A stretch of DNA of 32,000 bases from an uncultured archaeon (GCA_964354495.1 CAYHAA010000012.1:1-32000); one strand, 5' to 3'; positions 9,094 through 18,393 are shown, counted from the stretch's first letter. Program-made: numbers and translations. Notes: generated by a model from the letters alone, not told the origin.

Positions 9094-9801
9094 ATGAAAC
9101 GTCCTACTGTGGCCCTGGTCTTATTGGTAAAAAACGAGCTGGAGCCCATGAAAGAGGTCATCCCAAAAGTGGACACCGCTCTCTTTGATGACCTTCTTTG
9201 TATGGATGGGCATTCAACAGATGGAAGCGTTGAGTTTCTCGAATCACGGGGCATTCGTGTAGTACAGCAGAAGGAGAGAGGCAGAGGAAAAGCTGTGATT
9301 GAATCAATTGAACAGACAGACGCTGATGCGCTCCTCTTCTTCAGTCCAGATGGAAATGAAGATCCAAGTGACCTGCCACATTTGATTGACACAATGATAG
9401 CTCATCATGCTGATCTGGTAATTGCCTCAAGATTTACCGAGGGCTCAGTTAGTGACGATTCTGATGATCCCTATAAAATCAGAAGAGCTGGGAATATGTT
9501 CTTTTCCAGACTTACCGGGCTGTTTTGGGGTGGCAGTGTCACTGATGCAATTAATGGCTATCGTTTGATAAAGCGAAACCTTTTGAAACATCTAAGGCAA
9601 GATGCGCAGGGCTACAATATCGAAATTCAACAGACAATTAGATGTCTCAAATTAAAGAGGAGAGTGGTTGAGATTCCCACTAGAGAATTGGAAAGAGTGG
9701 GTCCCGCAAAGCAATCACCAACTCTCAAAATGGGATCACAATTCACCAGAGTAATCCTAAAGGAGCTCTTCTTGGGGACTCGTTTTCTCTCAAAGAGCTA
9801 G
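9094..9801 (+). CDS. GT2 glycosyltransferase, DPM1-like, divergent paralog of 8212-8928
   Basis: LVKNE, MDGHSTDGS, GRGKA, FFSPDGNEDP, VIASRF, TDAINGYR, IEIQQT, EIPTRELER. Confidence 0.88.
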   Translation: MKRPTVALVLLVKNELEPMKEVIPKVDTALFDDLLCMDGHSTDGSVEFLESRGIRVVQQKERGRGKAVIESIEQTDADALLFFSPDGNEDPSDLPHLIDTMIAHHADLVIASRFTEGSVSDDSDDPYKIRRAGNMFFSRLTGLFWGGSVTDAINGYRLIKRNLLKHLRQDAQGYNIEIQQTIRCLKLKRRVVEIPTRELERVGPAKQSPTLKMGSQFTRVILKELFLGTRFLSKS

Positions 9802-10051
9802 CTCACTGTTCTCCAACATATGCCAAGCTCATTTGCTCTCTCAAATGCACGTTGCATCTCAACATCTCCAACCCTTCGACTAATGATAAACTGAAGATCA
9901 TAGATGCTGAGGTTCTCTATAATTGTCTGAACGATATCATGGAGAATCTTCCAAAACCAAAGAAGTTGGTACTCAAGTAAGGTCACCAAGACCAAGATTC
10001 TCGAGCTTGTTTTCGGGTGGTCTTCCTGTCTTTCTGTTCCATCCACGGTAT

Positions 10052-10579
10052 TCATACTATGTCTTCAACTGCGCTTCCATATCTGGGGCATGGCCCAAGA
10101 TGCATGATTGCACTGGCAATCAAAAAAGCCGTCCAGATATCAAAGGTCGGCATAAACAAGAGAAATAGCGAACCAATAATGTGATACGGATTTACCCAAG
10201 GCCAGATAATAGAATTATACCAGTGCATCGGAAAATCGAGCACCAAATGTGTTATCACTCCAAGGAAACAAGATACTGCCATCTAGGGAATTACTCGACA
10301 TACATGGTTCAGTTCATCTCTCTCAACCCCGAAGACAAGCGACACAATCGGCGCTTACAGAAAACGTGTGATAGCAGCCGCAAGCAGAGTTTCAATCGTC
10401 AAAGCACCAAGAAGGCAGTGCAAGAAGAGATGGTCTGGAAGACTGGCAAAGAACATCCACATAAATGGGACTTCAATGTCAGGTATGACTGAGCCAACGA
10501 CCAATCCTGGCAGGGACAGACGCTTGTCGGCCTTGGAGACAAGAAACGCAAATAGATAATGGAGATGCGTAGTCGGCAT
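10052..10579 (-). pseudogene. DUF4184 / membrane metal-dependent hydrolase-like gene disrupted by two in-frame stops
   Basis: One frame reads MPTTHLHY...GSVIPDIE...DHLFLHC...ITRFL*APIVSLVFGVERDELNHVCRVIP*MAVSCFLGVITHLVLDFPMHWYN. TAA at 10355-10357, TAG at 10283-10285. The H, PD, H and HxxxD motifs are spread across the fragments. Confidence 0.7.
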
Positions 10580-10655
10580 CTTGATTCAACATCCTGTTGG
10601 TGATTAGCCTGACTATTTGCCATTATCGACGAAACAAGAGTTGTACAGTCATGAC

Positions 10656-12374
10656 TTACTTGTGCATCTCATATCTTCCATTCAACGAATAGACTTCCTT
10701 GATAATCGCCTCATACCTCTCCTTGTCTACATGCGGCTTCATAATCATTCTCAGTAGTATCTCCTGCTGTTTTTCTGTAGTGCTCTGCTTCGAATACATC
10801 TGGAGGGCATATCTTGAGAAGTCACGAACCATGAAATCAAAGATCTGATCGAGCAAGTGGTCCGATATCTTGTAGATCTTGGCATTCTCAATTATCAGTT
10901 GCCCATAGACCACTAAAGAAAACAGCTCTCCCGCATTCAGTATGAAATCAAGGTCCTCGCCCTGTTTCTCATCAGGCGTTGCCTCAGTCATGAACTCATT
11001 GAATACCTCAACCTGTTTCTTGAATATGTTCACATTGGGTAGGTCTACGGTGTCGTACACAGTTCGATAGTCATGGAATCTGATACCGCTCAGGCCTTTT
11101 GTGATACCTTGATTGAAGAGAAACTCATCATCCTTTGGCTCAGATATTGTACCCACAGCAGGGTATTCCTGAGGCATGAAGAAGTACGCTGGCATGAACT
11201 TGATGATCTGTGCCATGTTGACATGAACTGTTCCCTCGAGCTTTGGCAGTGCACGAATATCTCGTGCTGCCATTGAGAAGTAGGTCTCCCCTTCAAAACC
11301 ACGTGCTGCGATGATATCCCATAGGAGGTCAATCACCTTTTCGCCTTCACTCGTGACCTTCATCTTCACAAGGGAGTTGTAGAGGATATACCTTCTATCT
11401 TCCAGAGATGCAGTCCTCATGTAGTCCCCAGCTCTGAGGGCAAAGAGTTTCATGGCCACCAATCGGGCATATGCGTCAGTGAAGAACTGTCGAATATGCG
11501 AGAACTCGGTCACATATTTTCCATAGAGGTATCTGTTGGATGCATGATTGATGGCCTCGTAGAGAGCATGTGTGCAGATACCAATCGAACCCCATCCAAG
11601 ATTGAACTTGCCCACATTGACAGTGTTCAGTGTACAGTCCCAAGCCTCTCTCGCCTTGGAGAGAATATCTGTTTCTGAAATCGGGTAGTCATTCAGCTTG
11701 TACTCCGCAACGTACGATTGCACGTTCACCACATTCCTGACACACTCGTAGTTCGGATGTTGAGAGTCCGCCACAAAGAAGACGTAGTTGCCGTAGTTGG
11801 TATTCTCTGGGTCAGAGGGAACATCTGTCTTCCCGAACACCGAGACCATTCGTGCCACGTTTCCGTTCCCGATATAGTACTTCGAGCCATTAGCTACGTA
11901 CTTACCGTCTCCCAATACCTTCAGGCTCATTTCCGATGAGTAGAGATCTGCTCCGTGGTTCTTCTCGCTCAAGCCAAATGCAAAGACCTCCCCCTGCTTG
12001 AGGTATTTTGCTGCCTTCCTCTTCGCATTCTCATTCTTGCTCATCCAAATTGGCCCAAGACCGAGAATTGAGACCTGCCAGGTGTACCAGTAGTGAAGAC
12101 CATAGAATGCCAGTATCTCATTGAACTCCATGTTCCGCCATGTGTCCCATCTACATCCCTTCTCACCATACTTACTAGGTGTGAGTAACTTGTAGAAAAT
12201 CTCATTCTTCTTAACGAAGTCTAGAAAGTCTTGGTACCAGACTCTCTCATGGTCATCATTCTTGAGGGCGACTTTTCCCTTGTTCTCAAAGAACTGGACG
12301 GTCTTCCTCATTATGTTTCTTGATTCAGCATCTGAGTATTTGCGAGTGAGGTTATTGGGATCCAGTAGAATCAC
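10656..12374 (-). CDS. Acyl-CoA dehydrogenase
   Basis: FAFGLSEKNHGADL, NGSKYYIGNG, GKFNLGWGSIG, LVKMKVT, RALPKLEGTVHVN. GTG start at 12374 follows a GGAGG SD and gives VILLDP; the track's upstream extension is probably not translated. Confidence 0.92.
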   Translation of the reverse strand: MILLDPNNLTRKYSDAESRNIMRKTVQFFENKGKVALKNDDHERVWYQDFLDFVKKNEIFYKLLTPSKYGEKGCRWDTWRNMEFNEILAFYGLHYWYTWQVSILGLGPIWMSKNENAKRKAAKYLKQGEVFAFGLSEKNHGADLYSSEMSLKVLGDGKYVANGSKYYIGNGNVARMVSVFGKTDVPSDPENTNYGNYVFFVADSQHPNYECVRNVVNVQSYVAEYKLNDYPISETDILSKAREAWDCTLNTVNVGKFNLGWGSIGICTHALYEAINHASNRYLYGKYVTEFSHIRQFFTDAYARLVAMKLFALRAGDYMRTASLEDRRYILYNSLVKMKVTSEGEKVIDLLWDIIAARGFEGETYFSMAARDIRALPKLEGTVHVNMAQIIKFMPAYFFMPQEYPAVGTISEPKDDEFLFNQGITKGLSGIRFHDYRTVYDTVDLPNVNIFKKQVEVFNEFMTEATPDEKQGEDLDFILNAGELFSLVVYGQLIIENAKIYKISDHLLDQIFDFMVRDFSRYALQMYSKQSTTEKQQEILLRMIMKPHVDKERYEAIIKEVYSLNGRYEMHK

Positions 12375-12489
12375 TGTTGTGCCTCCTAACAATTGTAGAC
12401 ACAACAGGATGTAAAATGTGTTCTGGCGCCATTTCCATGCCAACACTCTTAAAGGCGCTGAGCATCACTTGCCGTCTTAGGTGCGAACT

Positions 12490-13017
12490 ATGGGTCTCTA
12501 CGAGTTCAATGGCAAGAAACCAAAGGTTGACCCTGAAGCCTATGTATCTCCCAGAGCCTCTCTGATAGGTGACATTGAGATTGGTGCTGAATCGAGCATT
12601 TGGGAGTCTGCTGTGCTTCGCGCTGATATGAACTATATACGGGTTGGAAAAGGCACGTCAATTCAGGACAATGCCACTGTGCATACCACATTCATGCATC
12701 CCACTATCATTGGTGATTATGTGACAGCTGGTCACAACTGCGTAATACACGCATGCAAGATTGGAAACCGTACTGTCGTAGGGATGGGGTCTATTGTTCT
12801 TGATGGCGCCGAGGTTGGCAATGACTGTGTCATCGGAGCTGGTTCTGTAGTGACCAATAATTCGATCATTCCGGATGGAAGTCTTGTCATGGGAATCCCC
12901 GGAAAAGTTGTAAAGGAGGTTTCTGAAACGCTTCGCGAGAATTTCATGAGTGGTGCACAGCTCTACATTGAATTGGGCAAGGCCCATAAGATGTCGGGTT
13001 CTGGAAAATCGTGCTGA
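12490..13017 (+). CDS. Gamma-class carbonic anhydrase / hexapeptide-repeat protein (YrdA/CaiE-like)
   Basis: LIGDIEIG, AVLRAD, IQDNATVH, VTAGHNCVIHAC (His ligands), and left-handed beta-helix repeats. Confidence 0.9.
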   Translation: MGLYEFNGKKPKVDPEAYVSPRASLIGDIEIGAESSIWESAVLRADMNYIRVGKGTSIQDNATVHTTFMHPTIIGDYVTAGHNCVIHACKIGNRTVVGMGSIVLDGAEVGNDCVIGAGSVVTNNSIIPDGSLVMGIPGKVVKEVSETLRENFMSGAQLYIELGKAHKMSGSGKSC

Positions 13018-13041
13018 GACTTCATTTTGCCCTTGCAGTGG

Positions 13042-13605
13042 CTATCTAAGCTCAGGCCCCTCAGTATCACGATGGTATATCTTCGTTTCATCCTGTTTGC
13101 TCCTCAATGGACCACAGAGCTTGAAGGCCGCGATGCATATCAGAGCTGGGACTGCAAAGATCAACGGTACGAAGAGGATGATGAGTACAACGATGAGGAG
13201 TAGCACAGCATTCTCCTGGCCTGTTGATTCCGCAGGAGCCTCATAGACTAAAACATCCTCGCCAACTGCATCAATGAGTGCGCCACAATTCTGACACTGT
13301 ACACGTCCATCCTTCATTCTATGGTGGTCCTTGTAGACGTACTGTGCACTGCACTTTGGGCATTTTATTCTCACACCTTCTCTTGTATCCAGTGTCAAGA
13401 ATGGCTTTCTTGATGGAACAATAGCATCAGAATCATCACTGCTCGCAGCAGGATATTCACCTCGAACAGAGCCAGTAAAGACACGCAGTGCACAATTCTG
13501 GCACTCCACCGAACCATCATCATCAATCTTATCCCAAGTATACAAATATGTTGCCCCGCAAGAGGGACATGTCACGCGATGGCCTCTGCGCCCTTCCGAA
13601 GACAT
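13042..13605 (-). CDS. Double zinc-ribbon protein with a C-terminal TM anchor
   Basis: CPSCGATYLY...CQNCA and CPKCSAQYVY...CQNCG, followed by the hydrophobic stretch LLLIVVLIILFVPLIFAVPALICI. Alternative start at 13635. Confidence 0.7.
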   Translation of the reverse strand: MSSEGRRGHRVTCPSCGATYLYTWDKIDDDGSVECQNCALRVFTGSVRGEYPAASSDDSDAIVPSRKPFLTLDTREGVRIKCPKCSAQYVYKDHHRMKDGRVQCQNCGALIDAVGEDVLVYEAPAESTGQENAVLLLIVVLIILFVPLIFAVPALICIAAFKLCGPLRSKQDETKIYHRDTEGPELR

Positions 13606-13671
13606 AGTATTCGCCTCATGTAGAGTCTGTTTCAAATTGACTTGAATCCAGTCACAGACCTATAACCATCT

Positions 13672-14304
13672 CTACTGAAATACCTTCAAGAGTGTATATC
13701 CCTGAAAAGCAGACCACAGAATCAGTGCGTAGACTGATAATTTCTGCCATACAGCTGTTCCGAACATGTCAAATGCAGGGCTGAAGAAAGCTCCAACGTG
13801 AAGGAAACAAATCACCACGACTACAAACCCAATCAGAGCATAGAGGTTCCCATAGTTCTTGTTGAGAAGTATTGCAATAGAGTAGACGAGAATTCCCAAG
13901 GTTATGAGTAGGAAGAAGAGCATCGTCGTCAGGAAATGTTGGTCTGGATAGACATTTCCAGCAAACAACGCAAGGGCTGAGAGGTTCGGCGCGGCAGCAA
14001 GCACCAGAATGGTGCCTACCCAGCTCAGGCCTTTCAGCACTCCAGTTTCTGTGAATACTGTGCGCATCGCGAATACAAACGGTACCAAGCAGACTGCAGC
14101 ACTTGTACATGCGATATTGAATAGGATGTAGTTCAGCATTGATGGTTGAAGATTTGTTACTGTCAACCCAAGCTCACTGAAGTAGTTCTCTAAGAATGAG
14201 TATCCTCCGGGATATGTCAGCATTGCTATGAATGTTGTAATGATGAAGATGATTCCACCAAGTATTCCCAAATATGCACTAATTCTCTTCCACGACCGAG
14301 CCAT
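13672..14304 (-). CDS. DUF998-like membrane protein
   Basis: About 6 TM helices; YPGGYSFLENYFSELG, conserved His (DQHF) and WQK near the C-terminus. Confidence 0.65.
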   Translation of the reverse strand: MARSWKRISAYLGILGGIIFIITTFIAMLTYPGGYSFLENYFSELGLTVTNLQPSMLNYILFNIACTSAAVCLVPFVFAMRTVFTETGVLKGLSWVGTILVLAAAPNLSALALFAGNVYPDQHFLTTMLFFLLITLGILVYSIAILLNKNYGNLYALIGFVVVVICFLHVGAFFSPAFDMFGTAVWQKLSVYALILWSAFQGYTLLKVFQ

Positions 14305-14445
14305 ATCATTCGCCTCTCCCTAAATCGACTGAAGTGACAGTCTTAGTGTATAGTCACAACCAACTAATAAATGAAATGTACGAACGCCAGTCAATTCGAC
14401 GCGCCACAGGCTGTATCGACGCATCCCGTTGCGGTTGAAGTCGAT

Positions 14446-16197
14446 TTAGGTGTAGCCTCTCTTCTTCAACTCCGCATCGCGAAGTTCCCTTCTCAGTACC
14501 TTTCCAACATTGCTCATGGGCAGGCTGTCTACAATCTCAACCTCTCTGGGACGCTTGTAGCCCGCCATCTCATCTCTCGCCCACTCTATGAACTCTTCAG
14601 GTGTCGCTCTCTCACCATCTTTCAATACAATGTACGCCTTGACGAACTCATTGCTGCGATCTTCTTCACGTGGAATCCCTATGGCTGCTGCCATCTGCAC
14701 CTTCGGATGGGTGAATAGTATGTCCTCGATTTCCCGCGGGTATGCCTTCATGCCACCGACATTGATCATCTGTTTCTTTCTGTCGCTGATGAAAGTGTAG
14801 CCGTTCTCGTCCATTTTGCCAATATCGCCTGTCAGGAAGAAGCGCTTCCCACCAAACGTTCGTATCACATTCGCAGTTTCATCAGGTTTTTTCCAGTATC
14901 CCTTGAAGACCTGTGGGCCGTGGACTGCAATCTCGCCAACCTCACCAACTGGCATCTCTCTCTTCCCTGTTTCCATGTCGACTATCTTGCAGATTGTGTC
15001 TGAGATTGGAAGACCTATCGAGCCGAACTTGCGATATTTGCTGTTCGTGGGATTAATGTGGGTCACTGGTGACGTTTCCGTAAGTCCATACCCCTCAAAG
15101 AGAAGTGTACCTGTCACTGCTTCGAAAGCCTTGGCAACCTCTGGCGGCAATGGTGCAGCTCCTGAACTGCAGATAGTGACTGATGATAGATCGTATTTTC
15201 CGACATTGGGATGATTTGCGATACCAGCATAGAGTGCAGGCACGCAGTTCAAGACAGTTCCTTTGGTTCTTGACAGCTCACTCAACAGATCGGACAGCGG
15301 AGGCTTTCCAGATCTAGGATTAGGAATGCATACCAGTCTTCCGCCGAGCCATGTGGCCATAAGCATTGTCAGCGTGAGGCCATAGCTGTGATACCAGGGT
15401 ATTGCCCCGACAAACACCTCTTCTCCATACCTGACACCGCCCGATCTCTCTGCATCCTCCTCCTCCAAGTAGACCCACTCTGCTATCTGCAGTATGTTTG
15501 ATATCATATTATGGTGGGTCAGTTCAGCACCCTTTGGGTTTCCTGTTGTTCCCCCGGTATAGATTAGAACTGCTGTGTCCATTGGGTCGATGGTGACCTG
15601 AGGTGCCTTGGGTTCATATGTAGAGAGAATCTGCTCATAGAAGACAGTCTTGTCTTGTTCGTAGTACGGACTCTTGGGTATCTTTCCAAGAAGCCCGCCC
15701 AGTACTGCCTTCACTTTGGACAGGAATGGTTTCACACTGCATACAACGACAGTGTGGACTTCAGTGCCCTTGACTGCTTCATAGCATATTGGTGTGAATG
15801 TTGGGTGATCCAGTGCAAACACTATACATGCACCAGTGTCCTTCAGCTGGTAGTTCAGTTCGCCAGCCTTGTATAATGGATTGCATGTTACGACCTTTGC
15901 CCCTGCCTTGAGTGCGCCAAAGAACACAGCAGGGAAGTGAGGCACATTTGGGAGAAAGATGGCTACCTTGTCTCCTTCCTTGATTCCCTTGCTAGCGAGA
16001 AAGTTGGCTATCCTGTCTGCGTGTTCTTTCACTTCGCTGTACGTCTGTGATTTTCCCATGAATACAGTGTAGGGTAAGTGTCCGCTCTTCTCGGCCGCCC
16101 TATCCAACATTGCGAATAGGGGTTCCTTTGGATAGTTCAGGGTCTTCCTAGTACGTTTTGGCCATGCAGCACCTGATTGCCAGTATGCGTCATCCAA
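14446..16197 (-). CDS. fadD: Long-chain-fatty-acid--CoA ligase-like AMP-forming acyl-CoA synthetase (paralog 1, 583 aa)
   Basis: YTGGTTGNPKG, EGYGLTETSP, FFLTGDIG, DRKKQMI, YPREIED, PMSNVGKVLRR. TTG start after AGAGAGGAG. Confidence 0.92.
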   Translation of the reverse strand: MDDAYWQSGAAWPKRTRKTLNYPKEPLFAMLDRAAEKSGHLPYTVFMGKSQTYSEVKEHADRIANFLASKGIKEGDKVAIFLPNVPHFPAVFFGALKAGAKVVTCNPLYKAGELNYQLKDTGACIVFALDHPTFTPICYEAVKGTEVHTVVVCSVKPFLSKVKAVLGGLLGKIPKSPYYEQDKTVFYEQILSTYEPKAPQVTIDPMDTAVLIYTGGTTGNPKGAELTHHNMISNILQIAEWVYLEEEDAERSGGVRYGEEVFVGAIPWYHSYGLTLTMLMATWLGGRLVCIPNPRSGKPPLSDLLSELSRTKGTVLNCVPALYAGIANHPNVGKYDLSSVTICSSGAAPLPPEVAKAFEAVTGTLLFEGYGLTETSPVTHINPTNSKYRKFGSIGLPISDTICKIVDMETGKREMPVGEVGEIAVHGPQVFKGYWKKPDETANVIRTFGGKRFFLTGDIGKMDENGYTFISDRKKQMINVGGMKAYPREIEDILFTHPKVQMAAAIGIPREEDRSNEFVKAYIVLKDGERATPEEFIEWARDEMAGYKRPREVEIVDSLPMSNVGKVLRRELRDAELKKRGYT

Positions 16198-16295
16198 TTC
16201 ACTTCATCTCCTCTCTTGGTAGCGAATCACTGCAATCTCTGATTGCTACCTACCAATAGGATAATGCTGCAGTCCCTCAAATATCTTGAGGAATC

Positions 16296-16328
16296 AAAAA
16301 AGAAGAAGGCGGGAGATAGATCTCCCGC
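16296..16328 (-). terminator. Intrinsic terminator-like hairpin plus pyrimidine/U tract after the upstream fadD paralog
   Basis: Minus strand GCGGGAGA-TCTA-TCTCCCGC followed by CTTCTTCTTTTTT, 9 nt after the stop at 16338. Confidence 0.75.
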
Positions 16329-16337
16329 TAGTCTGGT

Positions 16338-18089
16338 CTACGCTAAGCCTCTCTTCTGTAATTCCTTGGTCCGTAGTTCTCTTCTCAAGACCTTTCCTAC
16401 ATTAGTGAGCGGCAGCGAGGTGACAAACTCGACTTCCTTGGGTCGTTTGTAGCCGGCCATCTTGTCCTTCGACCACTCGATGAACTCATCGGGTGTCGCC
16501 TCGACTCCAGGCTTGAGGACTATGAAGGCCTTGACAAACTCGTTGCTTGGGTCCTCCTTCCTCGGCACACCAATGACCGCAGCCATCTGCACTTTAGGAT
16601 GCTCGTAGAGTATATCCTCAATCTCTCGTGGATACGCCTTTAGGCCGCCTACATTGACCATGTCTTTCTTTCTGTCAGAGATTATAGTGAAACCTTCTTT
16701 ATCCATGTGTCCGATGTCACCGGTGAGGAAGAAGCGTTTTCCATCAATCTGACGGAAGACCTGCTTGTTTTCCTCGGGCTTGTTCCAATATCCCTGCATC
16801 ACCTGAGGCCCTGATACAGCTAGCTCACCAGTTTCACCAATTGGCAACTCCTTGACACCTGTCTCGAGATCTACAATCTTGCAGTACGTGTCTGGTACTG
16901 GCAGACCAATTGATCCGAACTTGCGGTTTGTCTTGTTTGTAGGGTTGACGTGTGTCACTGGTGAGGTTTCGGTCAATCCATATCCTTCGAAGAGGATTGC
17001 CCCTGTGACATCCTCAAAGGCCTTAGCAAGCTGAGGAGGAAGTGGAGCTGCCCCCGAACTACAGACCTTCACAGATTTCAGATCGAACTCCTTCACTTTG
17101 GGGTTGTTGACAATACCTGCATAGAGTGCCGGTACGCAATTGAGAATTGATCCCCTGTACTTCTCAAGTTCTTTCAGTAGTTCTGTCATTGGGGGCTTTC
17201 CAGCACGTGGGTCGGGAATGCAAACGAGCTGGCTGGCAAGATAGGTTGACATAAGCAGGGTCAAAGTGAGGCCATAGCTATGGTACCATGGCAGGGCACC
17301 AACGCACACCTCTTCGCCAATGCGCATTCTTCCGCTCTGAGGATGGTCCTTCGGGTCCAGCCAGACATAGTTGAAGATTTGGAGGACGTTTGAGTACAGG
17401 TTGCTGTGAAGCAATGCTGCTCCCTTTGGCACTCCTGTCGTGCCTCCTGTGTAGAGTATCAGCGCCACGTCTTCCTTACGGTTGAACTTGACATTGGGCG
17501 GCTTGGCTTCAGAACTTGCCACAATGTCATCATAGAAGACAGTCTTATCATCCTCGTAGAATGGGCTCTTGGGTATCTTCCCGAGGAGCCCACCAATCAC
17601 TGCCTTTGCTTTGGGTAAGAATGACTTTATGCCACAGACAATCACTTTCTCCACTTTTGTGTCCTTAATCGCCTCGTAGCATGATGGTGTGAAGACTGGA
17701 TGGTCCAGAACAAAGACTACTCTTGTGCCGGAGTCCTTCAGCTGAAAATTGAGTTCTCCAGGTTTGTAGAGCGGATTACATGTAACTGCAGTCGCTCCAC
17801 TTTTCAAAATGCCAAAGAACACTGGCGGATAGTGCGGCATGTTGGGCATGAAAATTGCAACCCTGTCGCCCTTCTTGATTCCAATGCTTGCCAGATAGTT
17901 GGCAATCTTATTAGCATCTTCTCTTACTTCTGCGTAAGTTCTCTTTATCCCCATGAACACGGTATACGGCAGGTCACCATGCTCGTTGGCTGTCTTGTCC
18001 AGCAAAGCATAGAGTGGCTCGTCCGGATATTCGAGTGAATGGGGCGCTTCTTTTGGCCACTTGTATTTGTGCCAAAGCATCTCTTCCAT
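16338..18089 (-). CDS. fadD: Long-chain-fatty-acid--CoA ligase-like AMP-forming acyl-CoA synthetase (paralog 2, 583 aa)
   Basis: YTGGTTGVPKG, EGYGLTETSP, FFLTGDIG, DRKKDMV, LPLTNVGKVLRR. ATG at 18089 after AGAGAGGA gives exactly the length of paralog 1. Confidence 0.92.
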   Translation of the reverse strand: MEEMLWHKYKWPKEAPHSLEYPDEPLYALLDKTANEHGDLPYTVFMGIKRTYAEVREDANKIANYLASIGIKKGDRVAIFMPNMPHYPPVFFGILKSGATAVTCNPLYKPGELNFQLKDSGTRVVFVLDHPVFTPSCYEAIKDTKVEKVIVCGIKSFLPKAKAVIGGLLGKIPKSPFYEDDKTVFYDDIVASSEAKPPNVKFNRKEDVALILYTGGTTGVPKGAALLHSNLYSNVLQIFNYVWLDPKDHPQSGRMRIGEEVCVGALPWYHSYGLTLTLLMSTYLASQLVCIPDPRAGKPPMTELLKELEKYRGSILNCVPALYAGIVNNPKVKEFDLKSVKVCSSGAAPLPPQLAKAFEDVTGAILFEGYGLTETSPVTHVNPTNKTNRKFGSIGLPVPDTYCKIVDLETGVKELPIGETGELAVSGPQVMQGYWNKPEENKQVFRQIDGKRFFLTGDIGHMDKEGFTIISDRKKDMVNVGGLKAYPREIEDILYEHPKVQMAAVIGVPRKEDPSNEFVKAFIVLKPGVEATPDEFIEWSKDKMAGYKRPKEVEFVTSLPLTNVGKVLRRELRTKELQKRGLA

Positions 18090-18385
18090 GTTTTTATCCT
18101 CTCTATAATGATACCTGACACGAGTCATCGTAGTCAAGATCAGTTGAAGTATTGTCATTCAGCGTAGCATTCGTTGCTCATATTTCCTTCTACTGACAGT
18201 GATTCTTCGCTGTAGCATAACAAATAAGATGGATGGTGCTAGAAATTGACTATTACTACCGTTCATTGTCAATTGGACAATCCTGGACACCGGAGTGCTG
18301 TCCGCCCAGAAAACGGCACTGGGCACAACTTCGTGAGGCCAGCGTTCGTGTCGGGTGAACCTCAGAGTTGTGTTCCTCAGCACAG

Positions 18386-18393
18386 TATATAAA
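18386..18393 (+). promoter_or_regulatory. Archaeal TATA box candidate for the dehydratase operon
   Basis: TATATAAA ending about 24 nt before the TTG at 18417, consistent with a leaderless transcript. It also reads TTTATATA on the minus strand. Confidence 0.55.

Noticed and set aside
10283-10357. Pyrrolysine or selenocysteine recoding of the in-frame stops
   Set aside because: One stop is TAA and none is TGA; decay is the simpler explanation.
14415-14445. Imperfect hairpin ATCGAC...GTCGAT after the fadD stop
   Set aside because: Short interrupted stem and no U tract; too weak to call a terminator.
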